In this document: one piece after another, positions 52,097-64,000 of the stretch
How positions within the stretch are numbered: the first letter of the stretch is position 1
Layout of the letters: every line of letters begins with the position of its first letter
Assembly: GCA_951406725.2 (NCBI GenBank)
Contig: OX597820.1
Span: 1,674,001 to 1,738,000, forward strand
DNA length: 64,000 nucleotides
Direction: 5' to 3'
Source of the DNA: Octopus vulgaris
Lineage: Eukaryota
Notes under the pieces: generated by a model
Databases searched by the model: none
What the model was told of the DNA's origin: nothing
The model's input: the letters and a program-made list of their open reading frames with translations, nothing else
Program-made: the position numbers and the translations under genes

Positions 52097-52143
<47 letters not shown>

Positions 52144-52335
52144 ATAATATATATTTAATATAGTGAGAGAGAAAGAGAGAGAGAGAGAAGGAGGGGTTGG
52201 GGAGAGCGATGTATGCATTAATGATAGCTTTGTGTTGCGTCAGTCACTGTGACGATTACGTGATTCTCCTTGTCCCTCCCTCCGCCTTCTTTGTAACGTG
52301 TCATGACATGAACCAGAGTAAACTTGTGAGCTGTT

Positions 52336-52430
<95 letters not shown>

Positions 52431-52581
52431 TGTGTGTGTCGTTGAAGGTGCAATGAAAGACAAATGTTACGTCAAATTATAATCAATAATATACCGAGCT
52501 CTGAAAACAGGAAAAGTTTTATTTCCTACATACTCATCAACATCATAAATAATATATCTCTCTATTGATCTCTCCGGTCTA

Positions 52582-52638
<57 letters not shown>

Positions 52639-52763
52639 ATATATATATATATATATATCGATCGATCGATCTATCTGTCTGTCTAACTATCTGCCTATCA
52701 ATCTAGCTGGCTAACTATCTAGCTATCTGTCTTTCTGTCTATCTATCTATCTATCTATCTATC

Positions 52764-52843
<80 letters not shown>

Positions 52844-53132
52844 ACTTATATATATATATATATATATCAACTTACTCGTCTATTTGTCTGTCTGTCTGTC
52901 TATCTATCCAAAAATATAGAATTTATTATGTAATTAGAATTACGTAATTTGTTAATAGTAAAACAATTATTTATAATTAATCTATATTTTTGTTATTTTC
53001 ATTTGTCTTCCTCGCTTACGTTTCTGGTGTTCTAAACTTTTTCCAGAACAATTCTTAGTGGCGAATCTTCTACTACCGTAAGGGTTTCTACATAGTGGGA
53101 AAAATGTCCCTTTTATATTTATGTATGAAATA

Positions 53133-53179
<47 letters not shown>

Positions 53180-53225
53180 TACTTGTGTGTGCGCGTGTGT
53201 GTATACATGTTTGTATATATCTATA

Positions 53226-53265
<40 letters not shown>

Positions 53266-53389
53266 TATGTGTGTATATGTATATATATACACATATATAC
53301 TTACGTGTGTGTATATGAATTTATATATTTGTTCATGCATATATAGATATATTTGTATATATGAGAATATATTTTTTTGTGAGAGCGTG

Positions 53390-54230
53390 CAGTAAAATCT
53401 CGTTATGTTGAAGTTCGGTTGTGTCGACATTTTTTGGGGCCCCGACCCCAAGACACAGTTATATTTGTTAAAAGCCACACTTAACTCCAAGTCGGATAAG
53501 TCGAACATTCGCGTAACTCGAAATACATTGGGTTTGTATCAATTAATAATACTATAAAGTTGGTCCTATTGTCTCGAAGTGGAAAGAGAAATTTAATCGA
53601 ATGAACATCAGGTTTTTCGCTATTATAATACAATAATACTCTGTTATACACAAACTATACACTATATAATTATGTATTTTGGAGAATCACAAACGGAAGC
53701 TAGAACATATGCTTGTTTCGCATTTACACTTCCTGAGTATTTGAAAACAGAAGAGGATTACAATGTTGTCAAGTGTAGTCAAATGTTTTGACTGTAAATG
53801 TTTTCAACACAACACTTCATAGCGTAACATGAAATTATAACACTTGTTATTTTGAATCCATTACTATAATCTATAAACTGCCTGGAAGATACTGTCTGTC
53901 TGTCTGTCCCTGTCTCTCACTCTCACACACTCTCTCACTCTCACACTCTCTTTCTCACTCTCTTTCTCACTCTCTTTCTCTCTCTCACTTTCACTCTCTC
54001 TTTCACTATCTCTCTCTCTCTCTCGCTCACAAACACGCCTTTTGTATCCGATTCATTGTACTTGTTGGCTTGTTGCCATGCACAAGTACACACACACAGA
54101 CAGACAGACAGACAGACACACACACACACACACAAACACACCCACACACAAAAAGATATCAATTGTTGCAGAGAAATATCTAGGAAAATATATATAAAAT
54201 ATTTCACTAATTAATTAATCCCAGCTAATG
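53390..54230 (+). repeat. Older local duplication, copy 1 (copy 2 at ~55895-56670)
   Basis: Shared collinear words such as CCCCAAGACACA, GATAAGTCGAACA, CCTATTGTCTCG.AGTGGAAAGAGAA, TTTGGAGAATCACAAACGGAAG, GTATTTGAAAACAGAA, CCCAGCTAATG. Confidence 0.8.
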
Positions 54231-54891
54231 TATGTACGTACGCATGTTTTAAGCATGTAAGTATGAATGTATGTATGTAAGTATTAATGTATGTATGTAT
54301 ATATGTATGTATACATGTATGCATTTATGTATGTATGTATGTATGTATGTATGTATGTATATATGCATGCATGCACGCAAGCATGGTTGCATGCATGTAT
54401 GTATGTATGTATGTATATATGTCTTTATGTATGTATGTATGTATGTATTTATGTATGCATATCATTTTCCGACTCCATCTGAAGTCCTTAGTTACGCTGC
54501 AATACTGAATACATTACAGACTCCATCAACAAAAGCAAAATGTCAATGTATTGAACAAAATAGTGACAACCGAAAAATCAATCTTAAAAATATTGACTAA
54601 GAAATATTGTAGTAGGAGAAAAAGGCAGAAATAAGAGCCATGATAAAGTAGATAAATGATGTCCAGGAAAACGATTTGATTGGCTGAAAAACTTTCATTG
54701 TGTTTGCAAAATACATAATTAAGTATAGGAAGATAGGTTATTCATTTCTAGAGAAAACTGCCGAATCGAAACATTTAAACAGTGAAGTTGAACTGTTAAG
54801 GTAATGTTAAATGATTTTTCTCTTAAGATGGACACTTATGTTATAATCTCAAAGGGGTTATCTCATGATAACATTGTTATATAATGAAATG

Positions 54892-54937
<46 letters not shown>

Positions 54938-55118
54938 CATTTCATTACACTCACTTGCATATGCCCGACAGATATGATTAGTATGGTGTGTTACACCACA
55001 ACCAGTGGTTAGGTTGTCACTCATCTGTCTCGTTTTATGAATACGAAGATGACTCATAAATATAATCTATAAACTCTCCCTCAGATAGACTCTCTCTTAC
55101 TCTCTCTCTCTCTCTCAC

Positions 55119-55242
55119 TTTCTGTCTCTCTCTGTCTTTGTCTCTCACTCTCTCAGATGCCTTGTGCATCGGATCTGTTGAAATTGTTGACATGTTGTCT
55201 TGGTTTCTTCCCAATCATGCACGCACACACACACACACACAC

Positions 55243-55277
<35 letters not shown>

Positions 55278-55371
55278 ATTGGGAAGAAACCAAGACATGT
55301 CAACAATTTCAAAAGATCCGATGCAAAAGGCTGCTCAGAGAGTGAGAGACAAAGACAGAGAGAGACAGAAA
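55119..55371. repeat. Fold-back palindrome centred on a (CA)n/(TG)n junction
   Basis: ~125-bp arms symmetric about 55245/55246. Confidence 0.9.
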
Positions 55372-55580
55372 CCTGGGTCATTCGTTTCTAAAGAAAACTG
55401 CCGAATCCAAACTTTAGAATATTGAAGCAACGTTAAAGTATATTTCTCTTAAAATCGAAATTTACGTTTACAATTTCAATGTTGTTATCTTATGATATAT
55501 TTATTATATAATGATATATACATACGCACATAATATATAACGAACTAACTGTTACCTTCTCAGATGCAGCACGGATTTTC

Positions 55581-55625
55581 GTCAGTGAACAGGTCGCGGC
55601 CTTAAAGCGACGAACATATTTTGAC
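55581..55625 (+). ncRNA. Hammerhead-like motif with G3:C8 core swap
   Basis: GUCA-GUGAACA-G-GUCGC(9-nt loop)GCGAC-GAAC-AUAU-UU-UGAC. A related partial copy lies on the minus strand at 24310-24345. Confidence 0.6.
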
Positions 55626-55693
55626 AAATTAAACTAAAATGTTGAAGTGAATCGAACGGCTCTTGTGTGTGTATGTATGTGTGTGTATGTATG

Positions 55694-55763
<70 letters not shown>

Positions 55764-56543
55764 TATACATAAACATACCTATGTATTTATGCAGCTATAT
55801 CTGTATATGTATATCTATGCACATATATATATATGTGTGTATATATATGTTTACAAGAGTGTGTACGTATTAATCTATATATACATTAAAATCTCTTTGT
55901 GTAGAAGTCGGATAAATCCGACATTCGGTTTTTTTTTGTCCCCAAGACACAATTTGCTATTTTAAATCCCACACTTAACCCGAAGTTCGATAAGTCGAAC
56001 AGTCGCTTAACTGAAGTCAATTAGCATTCTATCAATATAATAATACTTTTCAGTTACCCCTATTGTCTCGCAGTGGAAAGAGAATTTGGGTCGAATGCAC
56101 ATCAGATTTCTTTGCTCTTATAGTAAAGTCATACTCTGCTATATACAAACCATACAGTTTATAATTATGTACTTTGGAGAATCACAAACGGAAGTTAGTA
56201 AACAAACTTATTTCGCATTTACCGTTCATGTGTATTTGAAAACAGAAATGGGTTTTAAAATATGATATATGATTATGGGAAGATTACAATGTCTAATAAT
56301 CATGTTTTGATAGCAAATCTTTTCTCAGTATCACTACTCTTCATAGCATTACACTAAATTATAAAAAAGCTATTATTTTGACTCCCCACTTATAATCTAT
56401 AAACTCTCTGGCAGAACGACTCTCCCGCTCTCCCTTTCTCTTTCTCTCTCGCTCACACAGGTGGCTTTTGCATCCGATGCGTTGAAGTTGTTGACATGTT
56501 ACCATGGTTTCTTCCCAATAGTGCACAAGCACAGACACGCAGG

Positions 56544-56594
<51 letters not shown>

Positions 56595-57026
56595 CTCTAC
56601 TGTTGCAGAAAAAACATCCAGGAAAATATATGTAAAAATATTACACTCATGAATTACTCCCAGCTAATGCACTGGTTTCTAGGACTCTAAACCCTAATTC
56701 TAACCCCTATAATGTAAAGTTACAATCCTGAAAATATGTTGGATACACGAATGAAAATGTTTAACAAGGAGATCAAGTGAGCAGGTTTATTCTACGTGAA
56801 GTGTCTGTCATGTGTTTATGGTTAGATCATTGATGACCAAACTGGTTGCCATCGGAATTAAGCAAAAATGAGAATAATGTTGGTTAGAGAAGGGCAGAAG
56901 TGAGGGCACAATTTCACGTCATATGTTTAGTGCAGATATAAGAAATGAAAGACAAACCTTATAAAAGATTGGTGTTATCAAGTGTTAATTAAATGAAATA
57001 ATGACACAGTTGTTAGATTATGTCGA

Positions 57027-57084
57027 ATGTCTCAAAAGATAAAGGAAATTTTAGAAGGCAGTGTAAATATTGAACTATTACATG
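57027..57084 (+). CDS. Death-domain gene, putative first coding exon
   Basis: ATG at 57027 with an in-frame stop upstream at 56994, reads MSQKIKEILEGSVNIELLH, phase-1 donor G|GTAATC compatible with the next exon. Confidence 0.45.
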
Positions 57085-57237
57085 GTAATCCTGTTCAAAC
57101 TATAAACATTCTTACCAAAATTATTGTCTTCAACAGATGATCATCTATGAAAAGAATACCTGATGTAAAATACAGATTATTAACAAAAATAAAGAAATTT
57201 TTCTATAATGTTTGAAACTTGGAAATATTCATTTCAG

Positions 57238-57288
57238 TGAATCGAACATTTGAAGACAAGGAAATGCAGACACTGGCTGAACCTGTTG
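57238..57288 (+). CDS. Death-domain gene, 51-nt exon
   Basis: TTTCAG acceptor, GTGAGT donor, phase 1-1, open frame NRTFEDKEMQTLAEPV. Confidence 0.7.
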
Positions 57289-58019
57289 GTGAGTATAAAA
57301 TAACAGCACTTGATTGATTCCTGTAAGGTTTATCTTCTGCTTATTTTGATATCAGAATGATAAAGATCAGCTTCCATTCTTACTTTTCAATGGGAAGTTT
57401 TAGCAGTAAACTAATCATATTAAACATATCGATACTATTGACATTTCATAAAGTATCCAATCAGGTTAGCACGGTTGGTGAAATGGATAAATTAGAAGCA
57501 AAATAGATTTCAGGTTCTCTTTTGGAGCAGCCAAATAATATATGTTGTGGTTTAACAGGTGAAGTAATGACAAAGGTTTTGTTTGTTTTATATTTTTAAA
57601 ATGTTTACTGACAAGATATTCTTGTTATTTTAGCTGATGTCTCTCATAATCTGACAGACTTACAATGAAATGCGTTCCAAATATGACCACCCTCTTATTT
57701 TTCACTGATAATAAATCTATCATTGCATCCAGTAAACATTGTCTTTATTCAAGTGGAAGATGTTGGTTTGCTGCTCAGAAAACCGTTGTCTCTTTCCCTT
57801 TCTTCAAACTTCATAGAGGCTGTATGATACAATACAATCAAATACATTCAAAGAGACATCGGACGGGTTGAAAGAAGAAAGGATAGTGAACACTTTAAAT
57901 TGCAGCTCCTTAAGAACCCTTCTTACAGTACTAACATTCCTGCTCATGTTTGGTTTGAAATGGCCAATGAAACCAGTAATCAAATATTTCAGCTTTGCGA
58001 TTTCAGCAAGAAACAAGTA

Positions 58020-58800
58020 TAAAGCTTAGTGAAGAAGGCAAGAACGGAGATTGCAACGGGAGGTGATTGTGTACCATAGAACGTGTACAAATGTTGTGCC
58101 CAGGTGTTATAAGCATTAATTACTATTTAGGGAGTTGTGGGATAAAGGTGGACTGATTGATGAATGGTGCAAGATAAAAGGATTTTATTCATCAAAGTAA
58201 GTTAATGCAAAACTAAGTGGCGAATTGAAGCCAATTTCAATCTTGACTGGCAAGATTTAGAAGGCTGTACTTGCTAAGAGATCAGCTATATATCTACAAA
58301 ATAATGATTATGTAAGAACAAATATCCAGAAGGCTGGCATCTCCAGAACCCCTGTATGTAGAACATGAATTTTCAGTCTGGGACTCGATAGAAAACACAA
58401 AGAGAAATTAAGGAATTTGAATGTGTTATGGCTTGAGCTGGTTAATGCTTTTGGCCCTCTACCAAGCAGTAAATATCTCCAATCAAGTGTTGATGGACGC
58501 AATGAACTTCTTTTATATATGAGAGAAGAGTAAGGATCTGATGAGGGGCTGCTATAACAATTTCAATATGTGTTTCATGAGAGAGAATTTCACAAAAGAC
58601 TTGCATCATTTTGAAATTGGAATTGTTGTAGTTTGCAAAATATCAGTCATTTTATTTGTGCCTCTTATGGAGATGTTCCTTTGATCAGCAGATTGATCAA
58701 GAGAGACAGTTCGAATGAAATAACCTAAGAGGATATAAAAGTCCATGGAGGATATAAAAGTACCATGTAAGAGATTTGGCACAGATATAAGAAACAAAAG
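58020..58800 (+). mobile_element. Decayed Hero/R2-group LINE RT fragment, intronic
   Basis: Remnants ARTEIATGGDCVP*NVYKCC, LKPISILT, IQKAGIS, WLELVNAFG, EIGIVVVCKISVILF follow the order of RT motifs in RLE-type LINEs. The clade call is tentative. Confidence 0.65.
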
Positions 58801-59082
58801 ATAAAACTAAGGAAACAACAGTTTCTTCAATTGATAAATAAACGAGATAATTACTACGTTACTTGATAATGAATGTAGGATGTCTTAATAGAGAGAAGTC
58901 TAGGAAGGTTAGTCTGTTTGGTTATGGACGTAAATATTGAGCTATTCCATGGGACCACGAAAGAAGTATAAAAATAATGGCCATTAATGATAAGAATGAC
59001 TTACATTTATAAAATAAAGACCAATTAACAGAGACAGAGAAATTATACTATGATGTGTAAAATTTGGAAATATTTATTTCAG

Positions 59083-59154
59083 AGTCTGTATACCTGGATG
59101 AGAAACTTCTTCATAGTGTAGCAAAGAAGTTGGGGAATAAATGGCAGCAACTTG
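59083..59154 (+). CDS. Death-domain gene, 72-nt exon (helices 1-2)
   Basis: TTTCAG acceptor, GTGAGT donor, phase 1-1, reads SVYLDEKLLHSVAKKLGNKWQQL. Confidence 0.88.
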
Positions 59155-60371
59155 GTGAGTAAAAATCACTTGATTTCTATAAATTTTGCCATCATTTGAA
59201 CTTTTATTTGTTAGAATGACTGAGAACAGGTTCCATTCCTAATTTTCTTTCGAATGGTTAGCTAAAGATATTACTGAAATATCACCGAGTATGGTGAAAT
59301 AGATAAATTAGAAGATACACAAGAGTTAATAGTGTCGTTTGGGACAGGTAACTAAATTCTATTATTGTTTACAGGTAAACAGGTGAGTTAATGTCAATGT
59401 TTCTATTTGTTTACATTACTATTTAATATACTGGTAGGTTGTTGTTGTTTTTTAGGCAGATGTATGCCTTAATCTGGCAGACTTAAGAGGAAAAGTGCCC
59501 CAGGTGTGACGCCGTTCTTTTCATGGCAGAACAGGACCACATTATCAAATGCAACATTCTAACAGGAGAGTGTGTATCTCGTGTGACATGTTGTAGTAAC
59601 TCTCCTGGTTAGCCTGTTTCTCAATATTTATTGTAGTCCTTTAGCCCCAGGACAACCTATAGTCCTCTCTCAAACCAGACAGGCCCTATTGTTGATTATT
59701 TTCCAGGATCGCCTGAACTCAGCCCTGTAAGTTAAGGAAATACAAAATATAAAATAACTATCCTAACAGAAGTTGTAAAGACAACTTGATTTTGTTTGTC
59801 AATTGAAATCATTTCACTCTTCTTCTTCTTTGCTTTACAAACCTCATTTGGAAAGGCATGAACATCACAATAAACCATGTCTCCTTGTCTCAAAGTTTAA
59901 CAACAGAAAGTATCTTTTATACAATGCTCCTAGTATTTACAGTAACGTCTTCTACCTCCCTATGGTACCTATATGCATGTAGGTAGAATGCACCATAGAG
60001 AAATGTCTTTACGTGGGACATTGAGCTTTGCTGGGGACTAGATTTGAATCTTCGTTCCCTGACACAAAAGGTCATGACAATCACCGCACTCAGCTGATAG
60101 AAATGATTATTAAGAAAGGACATCATGTATGACGTGGCCAACTTGTTATATCTTTTGAATTCATATAAAATGTACCAGTCATATACTGGGGTAAAATCGA
60201 TTCCCTAACAGCAGTCCATTATCCTCATCTTCCGTTCATTTTTCTCCCACAGTTGTGTTTCTTTGTCAGGTTTAATTTTTTTCCTTCCATTTAGATCTCC
60301 TGCCATTTCTTTACCCAAATTTTATTTTTCACACTCCCCCTCCCCATATTTCTACCATCTCCTCTCTCATG

Positions 60372-61635
60372 TATTAGGGTGACAACTAAGTTCCCTCTAT
60401 TTTGTTTTAAAATTTAAAAGGTTTTATAAAAAAAAACAGCTAATTAATGAATAATGTATTCACCCTTGTTGTTTACAACTTCTTTCCAACGTTCAACAAG
60501 ATTTGTAATACCTCGTTCGTAGAAATCACCCGATTTCGACTCGAAAAATTGATCCAACCAAGCTCTCAATTCTGCATCAGTATTGAACGAAACTCCGCAT
60601 ATATCATTTGAAAGAGATCGAAAGAGGTAGAAATCCGTTGGTGCCAAATCAGGAGAGTACGGCGGGTGTGGCAGCACTTCCCACCCATGCGCTTGAATGG
60701 CTTCCTTGGTCATGCGTTGTCGTGCAGCAGAACTCCATGCTGACGATTAGGTCTTTTCTGTTGAATAGCTGTGTTGAGCCGTTCCATCTCTTGAACATAG
60801 AGTTCCGTGTTAACCGTTTGGTTCCGTTCAAGCAATTCGTAATGGATAATTCCTTCCCAGCCCCACCATACGCACAACATCGCTTTACGCAGATGAAGAT
60901 CTTTTCACGCGCGGTGTCGCTTGTTTACCGGGGTTAAGCCATTCCTTACGCTGCTTCATATTGATGTACAGGCACCATTTTCCGACTCTAGTAACGATTC
61001 GGCTAAGAAATCGTTGCCTGTGTCCATGAGTTGAGCGGTGACGAGCAAACAAGCCAGCAGAAATTGTGGCTCGTTAATTTCTGTTGTCACTAAAGCATGC
61101 TGAACCCATGCTCCATACTTCTGAACCCATCCCATCGAGTGAAGATGCTTCTCTATAGCAGTGTGAGAGCATTCCATTTTCTCTGACTGTTCCCCTGTCA
61201 TTTGACGTGAATTTTCGTGCAAAAGTTGGTTTAATCGCTCTTCATCGAACTCAACTGGACGGCCAGAACAAGGTGCATCTTTGAGGTCAAAATTTCCATT
61301 TGTGAACATGGCATACCAATCACAAGCGGTTCTTTCAGTTATGACACCCTCTCCATACACTGTACAAATGTCGCGAGCAGCTTTTGCAGCCTTAGAACCT
61401 TGATTAAAAGCAAAAAAGAAGGTGTCGAAAATGCTCGTTTTTCTTAACTTGACATTCAGTTTTAATGATCTGAAAATAAACAAAAATTAACTAAAATTAA
61501 CTACAAAGAAAACAAAATAGATTCCAAAATCATTCAAAATAGAATTCTCAAAAGCAAAAATAGATTCCAAAATTTAAAAACGCAATTAATTTCAAAATAT
61601 ATGAAAACCGCGCGAACTTAGTTGCCAACCCAATA
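60372..61635 (-). mobile_element. Full-length decayed mariner transposon, intronic
   Basis: TA-flanked TIRs (TATTAGGGTGACAACTAAGTTC / GAACTTAGTTGCCAACCCAATA), ~1.26 kb. Transposase pieces with GRPVEFD, WVQHAL and PHPPYSPDLAPTDFYLF, broken by frameshifts. Confidence 0.95.
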
Positions 61636-63265
61636 CTATCTCTGCTTCTTAGAAGACAAAGTTTTCTTCCTGCTCATCTTTTTTCCAGCATCTCTACACC
61701 TGAATATTTTACTCCTAGTGAAGTATGTCCACCTCATTTCATGCCAGTTTTTAATACATTTTCCACATTCAATGCAATATTGCACTTTACAACTACACAT
61801 CACTCTGCACTTCATCTGGAAATAGAATCCCTTCAATGCAAATAGACACAACAGCTCTCTGTACAATTTTGCAGTTCAGTTACTATGCTTTCCGCATAGT
61901 CTCCTCCACTTCTAATCATATCTGTTAGGTAACAGAAACCAGCAACTACGTCTTTCAGAGTTGATATTACTTCAGATTCATTTTGTATATTTCATACTTA
62001 CAAACCCCTTGCCCTCTTCAACTTCTCTCTGATCCCACTGTACACTTTGTGTGCATTGAATACACCATATAGAAATCCTATTACCCCGACCTTTCTTTTC
62101 CTGCATATCGAATATGTTAACTTCCCAGTTCTGGTAGATATTAATGGATACAGTAGTTCCTTCAGGATCTAACTGTTGTTGGCATGTAGATGGCGAGTCC
62201 TGCCTTCGTTTTAGCTAAAACACTTCTCATTGTAAGGGTTACCTTGAAACTTCTCCATTATAAGAATTTCTCTAAAGAGTGGAAGAAATCATTATTATGA
62301 GTCATGAATACAGAAAGTTTAAGCTGTTGCCTTTTATAATATGTGATGTGTAGCAATCACTATGAAATTGTTTGTGTGGTTGAGATCATTCTACCATGCA
62401 TTGTATGTATTTCTATTTTAATTGGTCCAGGTGTACCAAATATTATTGTTATTATTTGACATTTCAATCTCAGCTTTCTAGATATTTGTAAATATGACAA
62501 TTTGAGGCATAAACCATGGAATGTTATCAAACGTCGGAAATAGACTCCTTTTGAAGGGTCTCTGGAGTAACGTTACTCGACAGGGTGTGTAGGCTGGAGA
62601 ATTGGGTGTCTCTCTAGGTCAAACGGCTGCTTCTCTGCATTGAGAAGTCAGAACTCCAGTAACACAGAAACGTGATTAGAATGTCACAAAAATGAATCGC
62701 AAAACGGCTTCTTGAAGCTGAGCCAACTGACAGGAGACCCCTAGGGGTAGATCGAGACTAGATTGTTGGATAAAATCCATAGTTTCAATTGGTCATGTTT
62801 GAGAATGGATTCAGAAAAGCTTCTGATAGGACCCGACGAAGGAGATTCCTAAAGACTCTACCCCAGCAACCCTTCTATGAATAAAGGACAGAGAAAATGG
62901 ATGGCTGGATCAAATCGTGTAACTGTTGGTCTCTATTGATTCTTTAGGCTCTCATACACTCTTACCCACAGAAAAACACTTCTCTTTCCTGCTCTTTACC
63001 AAACATTTTCTCGTGTAACTTTCAGTTAATTCTTTTTCAGAATGTTTTCTCCATTTCCAGCCTTTATTTCAAAATGTTTGTTATTTTTGTCAACATCTTT
63101 AGAAACAGAGACCAATGTCTTCTATTTTCCCTGTTTCTTAAGTATTTCTCATTCCTCTAATCACATGATTTCTTTGCTATATTTATAACAACCCACCACA
63201 CACGTGTGTTATATTATCGGTAATGTTGTTTTAATTATATTTTTGTATTGTTGTATATTTTGCAG

Positions 63266-63471
63266 GGAGAGAATTAGGAATTAAACAAGTTGACCTGAAC
63301 ATTATCAAGAGTGACTTCCCTAATGATACAGCAGAACAAGGTTTCCAGATGCTCTATAAATGGTTCCAGTGTTGTGATCCAGCGAATCGTACACTTAAAA
63401 CATTAACGGAAGCTCTGGAGGAAATCGAGTGTTTCGACGCTCTTGAACGTCTATCATTAGACACAAATTGA
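63266..63471 (+). CDS. Death-domain gene, terminal exon
   Basis: Pyrimidine tract plus TTGCAG acceptor, phase 1. Reads GRELGIKQVDLNIIKSDFPNDTAEQGFQMLYKWFQCCDPANRTLKTLTEALEEIECFDALERLSLDTN*, completing the death-domain pattern WxxLGRxLG..I..EQxxxMLxxW..TxxxLxxAL. Confidence 0.9.
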
Positions 63472-63708
63472 ATTTTTGAGTAAACTGTCGCTGCTGTTGT
63501 GTCCTAAGTCTACATTCGACAAATGCCTTCCATCCAGGACTATCCTGCCTTTCACTTAAGTTTAGAGAACTCAATACCACATTGTCTACTGTGTCCTTCC
63601 TTCAGATGACATATTGTGAATTGAGTAGGATTCGGCTACTAATTCTAGCAGATCTGTCTACTCCATTGAGGGCAATTGTTTCCCTTGTTGTTAGAGATTA
63701 ACTGTGGA

Positions 63709-63714
63709 AATAAA
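63709..63714 (+). promoter_or_regulatory. Candidate polyadenylation signal of the death-domain gene
   Basis: AATAAA ~240 nt after the stop, followed by a GT-rich tract (TTTGTTGTTGATGTTG). Confidence 0.5.
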
Positions 63715-64000
63715 GATAAACTTTGAAATTTCATTTGTTGTTGATGTTGTTGTTGTAAGTCCCTCTATCTCCCTAAACACCTCCATTGTTATGTAGGCAG
63801 TTTTAATATCTTGTGGATTTCTTCATAAAAATGGAATGTGTAATTCCATTTTGTAAAGCTTGCTTAAAATCACATTTTGCTTTCGAGTAGAACCTTCCTT
63901 CTTGTAAACACAATTGTCAGTAAATATATGATATCCATTTCTTGCAGTCAATAATTTTACATTAGGAGCTCGGTGAAGGCGCATGGCTTAGTGATTAGGG

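Overview
AT-rich, repeat-saturated animal genomic DNA. The SINE families and microsatellite load resemble an octopod cephalopod, which is an inference from repeat style only. Almost all ORFs in the supplied track are microsatellite or SINE artefacts. Host genes supported by the sequence: one intact initiator tRNA-Met (1630-1701), and a spliced death-domain gene missed by the ORF track (exons at 57027-57084, 57238-57288, 59083-59154, 63266-63471; about 128 aa if the first ATG is used). The rest is transposon material: three or more tRNA-derived SINE families including a 184-bp tandem array, decayed mariners and MITEs, non-autonomous Helitrons, a decayed Pif1/Helitron helicase between long degenerate inverted repeats, and CR1-, RTE-, Hero- and Penelope-type retroelement fragments. 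The most interesting signal is a set of minimal type I hammerhead ribozyme motifs of the Penelope/retrozyme type. These include a tandem pair 216 nt apart whose stems cross-pair (34195-34449), a natural G3:C8 core-swap variant (55581-55625), and motifs inside a 435-bp near-perfect palindrome. There are also repeated fold-back palindromes centred on microsatellites and a ~3.3-kb local segmental duplication that allows relative dating of insertions. All alignments and folds were done by eye.
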